A stretch of DNA of 64,000 nt, taken from Candidatus Krumholzibacteriota bacterium. Its GTDB lineage: Bacteria; Krumholzibacteriota; Krumholzibacteriia; JAJRXK01. Location of the stretch: NCBI GenBank assembly GCA_963727455.1, contig CAVSGG010000017.1, positions 160,001-224,000 of the forward strand, in the 5' to 3' direction. A model generated the notes under the pieces. It was not told the origin of the DNA and made no database searches. It saw nothing but the letters and a program-made list of their open reading frames with translations. Position 1 is the stretch's first letter, and every line of letters starts with the position of its first letter. The translations under genes and the position numbers were made by a program. Below, one piece after another: positions 27,102 to 35,462 of the stretch.

Positions 27102-27222
27102 GTGTTCTCACTCGTGTTTTTCAGCGTTCTGTATTGGATCGGAATCGTCTTGACCAGTGTTGGGCATTCTCACTCTCATCGTTCTCTTCTTGATCGATGC
27201 TGGAAGGAAGAAGCTATGGTAA
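27102..27222 (+). CDS. Small membrane protein (39 aa) masked by a +1 insertion
   Basis: Removing one A at 27156 gives MFSLVFFSVLYWIGIVLTVLGILTLIVLFLIDAGRKKLW*. GGAGG lies upstream and its TAA overlaps the next ATG (TAATG). Confidence 0.6.
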
Positions 27223-28333
27223 TGGCGCCGGATTCAATTTCCCAAAAGTCCGCTAACGATCTCTCGAGAGCCAAGCCTGGACTCAATTCCAAGGGAGGAG
27301 TGCTCGATCCGGGCAAGCTCCTCGAGGCACACGGGCAGACCATAGACTTCGAGCGTCTGCATTCCCTCAGTGGAAAGTCGATCCTCGGCGTTGAACAACT
27401 CAGTCGCGAATCGGTCATCGAGCTGTGCAAATTCAGCGCTCTCTTGGAACGCACCGAAATCGCCAGCCACCACCCGTTGGACGGGAAGATCTGTATCACC
27501 GCGTTCTTTGAGGCGAGTACGCGCACGCGTCTTTCCTTCGAGAGTGCCGTTCTGCGACTCGACGGAAAGATGCTGAGCGTGCCCGACGGGCGAGTCACGG
27601 GCGTGGCCAAGGGAGAATCGCTGGAGGACATCGGCGAGATGTTCAACAGCCTATGGCGATCTGGTCGTCATGCGACACCCCGAAACTGATGCCGTCGAGC
27701 GGATCTCCAGAAATCTCACCCTTCCGCTTGATCAATGCGGGCAACGGCTCGGGGCAGCATCCCACGCAGGCCCTGCTCGATTGGTACGCCCTCTTGAAAT
27801 GGCGGCCCGAGCTCGTCTGGCGCGAGGTCAAGCCCGAGAAGAAGATCCATCTCGGAATCATCGGTACCCCGGGCAGCATGCGCGCGGTCAAGAGTTTCCT
27901 GCGAATGTCCCTGTTGTTCCACCATGCTATCGACCGCATCACCGTGGTCTCCGAAATGCGAGATCCATTGGGTCCGCGGCTGAGAGAACTCACGAAGAAC
28001 TCGTCTGTCGAGCTGAAGTGTACCGACGACGTTTCCAAGATCTTGCCCGAGCTGGATGTCATTTATATGAACTCCATCGCCTTTCTCGGAGATAGTTATC
28101 GACAAATGGACTCGCGCTTCAGCCTGAGCCACAAGAGTTCCCTGAAGAAGGGTGCGGTGGTGCTCCATCCTCTCGCACGCCGGCAGGAACTCTCGGAGTC
28201 CCTCGACGCCAGTCAGCACAACCTCTACTTCGCACAGGCCTCCGGGGCGGTTTTCATGCGTCAGGCTTTACTCATCACCATTCTGGATCGCATTCGCGCG
28301 CTGCCCAAGAGCGTGCTCTATCTTGTCAGCTGA
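27222..28333 (+). pseudogene. Aspartate/ornithine carbamoyltransferase-family protein with two +1 frameshifts (pseudogene or sequence error)
   Basis: FFEASTRTRLSFE and KGESLED in the first frame; AYGDLVVMRH in a second frame after an extra base at ~27648; LINAGNG..QHPTQALLD and LHPLAR in a third frame after an extra base at ~27727. Confidence 0.85.
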
Positions 28334-28353
28334 GAAGAAGGGAAGGGACCACC

Positions 28354-30321
28354 GTGTGCGGGATCGTCGGAACTTGGAAACTCGATAAGGTAGAGGATGC
28401 CGAGCGCGCTGCACTCGAAGACGCCATGGAGCTCCTGAAGCACCGGGGGCCGGACGGCAGGGGCCGGCACATCGATGAGGATCGTGGCTTGGCCATGGGC
28501 CACACGAGACTCTCCATCATCGACCTCAAGACGGGGGACCAGCCCTTGATCGACTCCGTCACCAAAAATGTGCTCACGGTCAACGGCGAGTTTTATGATT
28601 ACAAGACCATACGCGCCCAACTCGCCACGAAGGGACATCGCTTCCAAACCAAGTCGGACAGTGAGATCGCGCTGCATCTGTTGCGTGTTCACGGACTCGA
28701 CTTCGTTCACCATCTGCGTGGCGAGTTTGCCTTCGCGCTCTATGATCGGGCGGAAGACCGCCTCCTTTTGGTTCGGGACCGCTTCGGAATCAAACCACTG
28801 TACTACCATTTCAGCGAAGATCGCATCGTCTACGCTTCTGAAGTCAAGGCCATCCTGGCCATGCCGAACCTGCCGCGAGTACTGTCCCGTCAGGCCGCGC
28901 TCAACCAGCTCATGCACGTCATGGTTCCGGGCACCACCGCTTTTGAGGGAGTGAAGGCCGTGAAGCCCGGTCACATGCTCTCGATTCGCAAGCGCAACGG
29001 CCGCCTGGAGTTGAAGGAGATAAAGTACTGGGACATGGAGTTTCCCGAGTCGAAGGCGTACAAGCGCAAGCGTGACCCCAATCTCTTCATCGAGGAGGTG
29101 CGAGAGGGTCTCATTGACGCGGTTCGAACTCGTCTGGAGGCCGACGTTCCGGTGGGTTGCTATCTCTCGGGCGGAATCGACAGCTGCTCCATGCTCGGCT
29201 TGGCCACTCCAATGCAGCAGAGTCCGGTCAAGGCATTCACGATCAGCTTCGACCACGCCGACTACGACGAATCCAAGATCGCGGCGGAGATGGCTGAACG
29301 AACGGGAGCCGATCAGGTCGTACTCCGACTGAAGGGTGAGGATCTTTACGGCGGTCCCTACGTCCGCGCGGTGTGGCACGCGGAGAGAACTTTCTACAAC
29401 ACCCTCGGAGTGGCGAAGTGGCACATGAGCCGCCGCGTGCACGATTGTGGATTCAAGGTGGTGGTGACGGGCGAGGGTTCCGACGAACTCTTCGCCGGCT
29501 ATCCCTTCTTCAAACGCGACTATTTCCAGCAGGATCCCAAGGCGAGCAAGAGCAAGAGAGAGTCTGCTGCCTCGGACGCTCTCTTCCAGGGCGCCATTCT
29601 GGCTGAGGAGCAATCCCATCACCCCGCGTTCGATGATCTGTGCGGTTTCACTCCGTCCTGGATTCAGCCCTGGCTGCTCACACTGAAGGAAATTCAGCCG
29701 CTCCTCACGGCTGGAATGCGCGAAGAACTCTCAGATTACGATCCGGTGGCAGCGATCGCCGAGCAAATCGATCCGAAAATGCTGCGCGGGCGACATCCAC
29801 TGGACAAGGCGCAGTACACCTGGATCAAGACCATGCTCGAGGGACAGATCCTGAGCTGGGGGGGAGACAGGGTCGACATGGCCAACTCAATGGAGAGTCG
29901 ACCCGCATTTTTGGACCATCATCTCGCCGAGCTGGCGACGACGATTCCTCCGGAACTGAGAATCAGGAACGGGGTAGAGAAATGGGTGTTGCGCGAAGCA
30001 ATGAAGGGCGTGCTCCCGAAGACTCTCTACGAGCGGCCGAAATTTGCGTTCATGGCGCCGCCCAGTCGCACCAACCAGGGCAATCGCCGCGCGGTGGAAC
30101 CTCTCCTGCGCTTGCTCTTGAATCGCGAATCTGTCGAACAGGCCGAGCTTCTCGATCCTGGCGCCGTGGATTCGTTCTTGAAAGAATGGCGCGGTCAACG
30201 CGACGCGGCGCGTTCCCGCCGCCTCGACATCATTCTGAATCACATTTTGGGCTTACAAATTCTCCACAGCGAGTTCGTGGAGGCGAAACCGGGCGCGTCG
30301 CTCGCGCGTGCTTACGCGTAA
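28354..30321 (+). CDS. asnB: AsnB-family glutamine-hydrolysing amidotransferase
   Basis: N-terminal Cys2 (MCGIVG), HRGPDG, RLSIIDL, NGEFY, RDRFGIKPL, LSGGIDS and TGEGSDELFAGY motifs. The acceptor may not be aspartate. Confidence 0.9.
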   Translation: MCGIVGTWKLDKVEDAERAALEDAMELLKHRGPDGRGRHIDEDRGLAMGHTRLSIIDLKTGDQPLIDSVTKNVLTVNGEFYDYKTIRAQLATKGHRFQTKSDSEIALHLLRVHGLDFVHHLRGEFAFALYDRAEDRLLLVRDRFGIKPLYYHFSEDRIVYASEVKAILAMPNLPRVLSRQAALNQLMHVMVPGTTAFEGVKAVKPGHMLSIRKRNGRLELKEIKYWDMEFPESKAYKRKRDPNLFIEEVREGLIDAVRTRLEADVPVGCYLSGGIDSCSMLGLATPMQQSPVKAFTISFDHADYDESKIAAEMAERTGADQVVLRLKGEDLYGGPYVRAVWHAERTFYNTLGVAKWHMSRRVHDCGFKVVVTGEGSDELFAGYPFFKRDYFQQDPKASKSKRESAASDALFQGAILAEEQSHHPAFDDLCGFTPSWIQPWLLTLKEIQPLLTAGMREELSDYDPVAAIAEQIDPKMLRGRHPLDKAQYTWIKTMLEGQILSWGGDRVDMANSMESRPAFLDHHLAELATTIPPELRIRNGVEKWVLREAMKGVLPKTLYERPKFAFMAPPSRTNQGNRRAVEPLLRLLLNRESVEQAELLDPGAVDSFLKEWRGQRDAARSRRLDIILNHILGLQILHSEFVEAKPGASLARAYA

Positions 30322-30365
30322 ACGACTCGCCCGGAGTGTCATGCCGTGAGGCTACGATTGGATCG

Positions 30366-30773
30366 TCAGCGGATCGGAATCATGGGGCATTCGAAACGCT
30401 TCACCACGTCGCCAATCGAAATCTGACCGGCATCTACCGCGTCATGGATCTCTTCCGCGTTGGTGAATTGCTTCGGAGAGATCGTCAGCCAATTGATGGG
30501 ACGGACCTTCCAGCGGCCACCATTGAAGTCCATGTCCCCGGGCGCCGCGTCCGCGACGTTGGCCAGTTCACCGCCCAAGACATAGATGGTATCAAACTTC
30601 CCGTGGTCAGGGAGAGCCGTCGGGGTCCCGATTGTTTTGAACTGCTGGTCGTGAGCATAGATCACCCCATCCGGGGGGCCGCCCTTGGCAAAGGCGACGG
30701 ATCCGAAAGTGAGGCTCATGGCCAGAGCCATAACAAGAGCTGTGAGGAAAAATGAAGTTCTACGCGTTCTCAT
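30366..30773 (-). CDS. Small secreted hypothetical protein
   Basis: ATG 30773 with GAGGAG upstream; signal peptide ending AFA; APGD.DFNGGRW and F.CP motifs. Confidence 0.7.
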   Translation of the reverse strand: MRTRRTSFFLTALVMALAMSLTFGSVAFAKGGPPDGVIYAHDQQFKTIGTPTALPDHGKFDTIYVLGGELANVADAAPGDMDFNGGRWKVRPINWLTISPKQFTNAEEIHDAVDAGQISIGDVVKRFECPMIPIR

Positions 30774-31605
30774 GAACGAATCTCCTCTGATGTGAGTGAA
30801 GTGCGCCACTGGCCAAAGCCACGCTGGCGCTCTTTGGTCTCCGGTGGGATCGGTGGAGGACTTACGGCTCGGTCGTCGGGATGTGACCGAACCACCGTGC
30901 GAAGATCGGCGGCACACCTTTTCTGCCTTGGGACGCGAGGGGCTTGAATTGAGAGATTCCGGATCTTTTGCTCGTGATGGTCCACGAGGATTGCCACGCC
31001 AGTCACAGCTTCGATTCAAGAAGGCAACCATGCGCTGCTTTGGCGCCCCGCTCGCGCTGTGCTCGGCGTGCGCGCTCTTTGCTTGCTCGAACACCAGCAG
31101 GTCCAATTTCATGGTGCAGTTCCACTGAGTCTCGCTCACCTTGGTGTGCGGCGGCACCTTCCGTGCGAAGACCTTGGACGCAGTGAACTGCGTGTGGCCG
31201 TCGAATCCCGACGACTGTTTCACGGCGGCCTTCATGTTGCTGGGCGGTTCTTTCACTGGAGAGTCGGGCCGGTCATTGGTATTCAGGGTCAGCGATGCCG
31301 GCGAACTGGAAGGTGTGCTCGACACGGTCCGATTCGGATTGGTCGACCCCTCCTAAGAGCCGGTCCGCGACAGCTTCGAAGGAGGTCCGGGCGGAGACTT
31401 TCCCACAATACCAGCCTGTCTGGGCTCACGGCGTTCCGCCTTGGACAGCGGCGAAGTGGTCGTTAATGCGCCCCCGGAGTTGTCGCGAAACACAGAGGAG
31501 TCCGTTGCCTCGGGCTCGGTGAGCCCGAGATTGCCGTGCTGTGCCCGGTCCTGATAGAATGGATCGGTCCCCTCCCCGCCCATTCCCCAGGACCAGGAAG
31601 AAGCC

Positions 31606-33093
31606 ATGGATGCCAGTCCCGCGCGTCGCGCACTTTCGTTCCTTTTCCCTGCTTTCCTTTTACTTCTCACTTCAGGCGTTTCCTACGCGGATACGATCCT
31701 GCAAAACGACGGCTACACTTCGGGTGCGAATGTCGGTTTTCAGGGGGGGTTCGTCACTGGAGAAATCGGTGCATCGCGCTTCCTTTTGCCGGGATCCAAT
31801 CCCGTGCAGCTCAAGAGCGTCATCTTACTGCTGGGTGGAGCCTCGACTCAGGTCACCATTACGCTGCACGTTTGGGATGACTCGTCCTTGGGCAACGATC
31901 CTGGCAGCGAGCTGTACAGCGGCGACTACCAACTCATAGGCTCGGACAACAACCTGCAGCAGATCGATTTGAGCGGGCAGAGCATCTTCGTATCCGCTCC
32001 GTTCCGGGTGGGGATCGAGTTTCAATACGATGGTTATCCTTCCATCGCGCGTGATGGCGACGGCACCATCACTTCTAACCTGAACTATATCGACGCCAGT
32101 GGGTACGGCTGGGTGCAGTCCTCGCTATTCGGCATAACCGGAGACTGGATCATTCGTGCCGTCGTCGCGGATGTCCTGTCACCGGGCCCGGTCTTGAGCA
32201 GCATCGAGGACGTGGGCAATGATCAGGGAGGACAGGTGCGCTTGGATTTTCAGGCATCGAGCGCCGACTCCCCGTCGGCTCCGCAGCCGGTGCTGAGCTA
32301 TGAGGCCTACCGCCGTATCGATCCTCTGCCCGCAGCTGCATCCGAGGAGAGTTCTTCCAAGCTGGGGGGTTGGGAGTACGTGGGTGCGATCCCCGCGCAC
32401 GCAGAGACAAGCTACAACATGATCGTTCCCACCCTGGCGGATTCCACCATCGCTCAGGGGATGCATTACTCGGTGTTCTTCGTGCGGGCAGCCACGGCTC
32501 TACCGTCTGTATTCTACGATTCCGTGCCCGATTCGGGCTATTCGGTGGACAATCTGGCCCCCAGCGCGCCAAACAACCTGGTGTTGAACTTGGCTCAGCT
32601 CGACTGGGATGCCTCTGACGACGCGGATTTCGATTACTTCAGAGTCTACGGTTCTCCAAGCGGAGTCCTGGACGGTTCCCAGGTGCTTTTGGGAGCGACT
32701 AGCCTGAACGCCTACTCCGTATCCTCCAACTCTGATCCCTACTACCTGGTCACCACGGTCGATTTCGCGGGCAACGAGAGTCCCGCCGCGGCGGTCGCGA
32801 ATCCCGCCACGGGAGTCTCGAGTTTGCCCTCTCGCTCCATCTGGGTGCGGGTGAGTCCGAATCCCTTCAACCCGGCAACGTCCATCCGTTTCTTCTTGCC
32901 GCAAGCGGCTCCGGTCAGCCTCATGGTGTACGATCAACGTGGACGTCTGGTGGATACGCTCTTCCGCGCCAAGAACTTCTCTGCTGGAGAGCACAGCGTA
33001 CCCTATCGCAGCACCTTGCCCAGTGGAGTCTACCTCGTGAAGCTGATCAGCAATCAGCAGGTCAAGAGCGTCAAGATCAGTCTGGTGCGCTGA
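31606..33093 (+). CDS. Secreted protein with a DVGNDQGG domain and FlgD-Ig/T9SS-A-like tail
   Basis: AGGAAG upstream; signal peptide; DVGNDQGGQV...PTLADST...SGYSVDNLAP..P block; tail PNPFNPAT.I.F...VYDQRGRLV...LPSGVYLV. Confidence 0.8.
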   Translation: MDASPARRALSFLFPAFLLLLTSGVSYADTILQNDGYTSGANVGFQGGFVTGEIGASRFLLPGSNPVQLKSVILLLGGASTQVTITLHVWDDSSLGNDPGSELYSGDYQLIGSDNNLQQIDLSGQSIFVSAPFRVGIEFQYDGYPSIARDGDGTITSNLNYIDASGYGWVQSSLFGITGDWIIRAVVADVLSPGPVLSSIEDVGNDQGGQVRLDFQASSADSPSAPQPVLSYEAYRRIDPLPAAASEESSSKLGGWEYVGAIPAHAETSYNMIVPTLADSTIAQGMHYSVFFVRAATALPSVFYDSVPDSGYSVDNLAPSAPNNLVLNLAQLDWDASDDADFDYFRVYGSPSGVLDGSQVLLGATSLNAYSVSSNSDPYYLVTTVDFAGNESPAAAVANPATGVSSLPSRSIWVRVSPNPFNPATSIRFFLPQAAPVSLMVYDQRGRLVDTLFRAKNFSAGEHSVPYRSTLPSGVYLVKLISNQQVKSVKISLVR

Positions 33094-33099
33094 GCTTCT

Positions 33100-34659
33100 C
33101 TAGCGTAGCCCTAGCTTGCGCGCGAGATGGTGGAGATTGCTGCGGTGCATCCCCAGCTGGCGTGCAGCGGCGGCCCAATTGCCCTCGTTCGCCTGGACCG
33201 CCGCCTCGATGACGCGACGTTGATAGTCGCGCGTTCGATCCCGCAAGCTGCGTTTGTCCCTCGTCAGATTTTCTTCGACCTCATCCGTGTCTCGAGACGG
33301 AGTGTGCATACCAGTGCGAATGTCAAAATGTTCGCTCTGCAGGATGAGCGGCTCGCGGCTGGAATGACCCCGAGCACCGCGAAGCGCGGCGCGGCTCACC
33401 ACGTTTTCCAATTCGCGCGCGTTCCCCGGCCAGTCCGCCGCCATCAGTCTTTCCCGGGCAGCGGGGGAGAGGCGTACCGGACCTAGCCCGAGCTTGCGGC
33501 GCGTCTGATCGAGGAAGTGCGCCGCGAGCAGGGGAATGTCCTCACGCCGCTCGCGAAGCGAGGGCACTTCCAGAGGATAGACGGCAAGCCGATGGTAGAG
33601 ATCGGCCCGGAAGCGACCGGCATTAACCTCCAGCTCGAGGTTGCGGTTCGTCGCCGCGATGACCCGGACGTCGACTCGGTGCGCCCGGTCATCTCCAACA
33701 CGTTGGATTTCTCCCTCCTGCAAAACCCGCAAGAGCTTTGGCTGTAGAGTGAGCGGAAGCTCTCCGATCTCGTCCAGGAACAGACTGGCGCCGTTCGCAA
33801 TCTCGAACTTGCCCGCCCGATCGCGCGTGGCTCCGGTGAACGCTCCGGCAAGGTGTCCGAAGAGTTCACTCTCGGCAATGGACTCGGGGAGAGCCGCGCA
33901 GTTGACGTGAATGAGCGCTTCGTCCCTCCGCGTGGATTCGGCGTGCACCTGTCGCGCCACGAGTTCCTTGCCCACACCGGTTTCGCCGAGAATCAACACG
34001 GACAGATCACTCGCGGCTACCAGACTGATGTCACGCCGGAGCCGTTCGATCGCGCGGGTCGTTCCCAGAATCTGGAGACCGCTGCTGCTGCGTTGGAGCT
34101 CGCGGGCTACGGCCCCCTTGTGCTCGGCCATCTGTTCGATCGCATCGATGAGGGATGCGGTGTGCAGCGCCGCGCCCGCGATGGCGGCCAGCGCCTCCAA
34201 CCACTGTGGCTGCAACGAGTCGAATGCATTTGGTGAAAGCGCATCGGCCGTGAGCGCTCCGACCACCTTTCCCCCTTCCACCAGCGCACAGCCCAGGCAG
34301 GCATGGATTTGCTCCAGAGCGTGCGGATCGGAAGAGAGATATCCGTCGAAGGGATCGGGGAGAGGGGAGTCCACCGGGAAACGGACCGCTCCTTCACTGG
34401 CCAGAATGATGTCCAGGCGAGGATGTTCGGCGCGCGGGTAGTGACGGACCAGGGCCTCGTCAGTGAGACCATGGGCAGCGACGGGGACCAATTCCTCGCC
34501 TTCGAGCCGCAGCAGGCAGGCCGCGTCACAGGGAATCAGTTTGCGCACTGCACTGAGGAGACGCTCGTAGCGATCGCTGGCGGCCAGAGAGGCGGTCAGG
34601 TCGCGCGTGAGTTCGAGGAAGGTCTCCACGCCTTCCGGTGGTTGTCGATTCGATAACAC
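33100..34659 (-). CDS. norR: NO-responsive sigma54 activator NorR
   Basis: GAF domain (HPRL..I, LPDPFDG, HACLGC), AAA+ domain ([22 protein letters not shown]), C-terminal HTH; divergent from ric-qnor. Confidence 0.93.
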   Translation of the reverse strand: MLSNRQPPEGVETFLELTRDLTASLAASDRYERLLSAVRKLIPCDAACLLRLEGEELVPVAAHGLTDEALVRHYPRAEHPRLDIILASEGAVRFPVDSPLPDPFDGYLSSDPHALEQIHACLGCALVEGGKVVGALTADALSPNAFDSLQPQWLEALAAIAGAALHTASLIDAIEQMAEHKGAVARELQRSSSGLQILGTTRAIERLRRDISLVAASDLSVLILGETGVGKELVARQVHAESTRRDEALIHVNCAALPESIAESELFGHLAGAFTGATRDRAGKFEIANGASLFLDEIGELPLTLQPKLLRVLQEGEIQRVGDDRAHRVDVRVIAATNRNLELEVNAGRFRADLYHRLAVYPLEVPSLRERREDIPLLAAHFLDQTRRKLGLGPVRLSPAARERLMAADWPGNARELENVVSRAALRGARGHSSREPLILQSEHFDIRTGMHTPSRDTDEVEENLTRDKRSLRDRTRDYQRRVIEAAVQANEGNWAAAARQLGMHRSNLHHLARKLGLR

Positions 34660-34757
34660 GTTGTTCCTTTCATAACACCCTGAATGTTATTCTTTTAATA
34701 ACCTAATCTCTAACTCCTTGAAAGCAAAGGGGTTTTTTGGCTGGCATCGCAGCTGCA
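34643..34757 (+). promoter_or_regulatory. Sigma54 promoter with upstream activator-like sites and an IHF-like site
   Basis: TGGCATCGCAGCTGCA at 34742-34757 (GG-N10-GC); TGT-N10-ACA at 34643-34658 and 34662-34677; IHF-like TAACTCCTTGAAA at 34711-34723. Confidence 0.75.
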
Positions 34758-34785
34758 ATAGGGTGGGGCCAAGGAGGAATCCAGC

Positions 34786-35448
34786 ATGGAAACGATCAAG
34801 ACAACACTGGCCAGATTGGCCACCGAAAATCCCGCGGCCTCGCGAGTTCTGCACGGCCGTGGACTCGACTACTGCTGCGGCGGGCAGCGCTCGCTCGAGG
34901 ACGCCTGCAAGGAGCGCGGCCTCGATCCCGAGGAAATTTTGAGCGAGATCGAAGAGCAGACGCGCGACACCTTTCAGGAGGAACCCTGGACCAAGCGCCC
35001 CCTGGGGGAACTCACCCAGTTCATCGTCGAGCGCTACCACAAGACTCTGCGCCGTGAGCTGCCCGAACTGATCGCCTTGGCGGAAAAGGTCGAGCACAAA
35101 CACGCGCAAAAGGCGAGCTGCCCGGTGGGTTTGACGGCGCACTTGCGTGGGTGTCACGCGGCGATCCTCGACCATCTGGAGAAGGAAGAGCAGATTCTCT
35201 TCCCCCTCGTCTCCTCGGGTATGGGCAGTCAGACCGCGGGCCCGGTGCAGGTCATGGAAGATGAGCATCGCGAGCACGCACTCAACCTGCAGCGCACGCG
35301 CGAGCTCACCCACGATTTTTCGGCCCCGGATGAGGCCTGCACCAGTTGGCGGGCCCTCTATCTCCGGCTCCATGAACTCGAGGCCGAGCTCATGGAACAC
35401 ATTCATCTCGAAAACAACGTGCTCTTTCCTCGGGCACTGTGCGAGTAA
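34786..35448 (+). CDS. ytfE: Iron-sulfur cluster repair di-iron protein (RIC/YtfE)
   Basis: LDYCCGG, ERYH..LR, HLEKEE.ILFP and HIHLENNVLFP motifs. Confidence 0.95.
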   Translation: METIKTTLARLATENPAASRVLHGRGLDYCCGGQRSLEDACKERGLDPEEILSEIEEQTRDTFQEEPWTKRPLGELTQFIVERYHKTLRRELPELIALAEKVEHKHAQKASCPVGLTAHLRGCHAAILDHLEKEEQILFPLVSSGMGSQTAGPVQVMEDEHREHALNLQRTRELTHDFSAPDEACTSWRALYLRLHELEAELMEHIHLENNVLFPRALCE

Positions 35449-35462
35449 CGGGAGGTCATGGT

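Noticed and set aside
27222-28333. Calling the gene pyrB, or invoking programmed frameshifting
   Set aside because: The aspartate-binding loop is missing, no pyr genes are nearby, and there are no slippery sequences at the shift sites.
31030-31356. Selenoprotein read-through at TGA 31126-31128
   Set aside because: There is no redox motif around the TGA, no recognisable family and no convincing SECIS-like hairpin.
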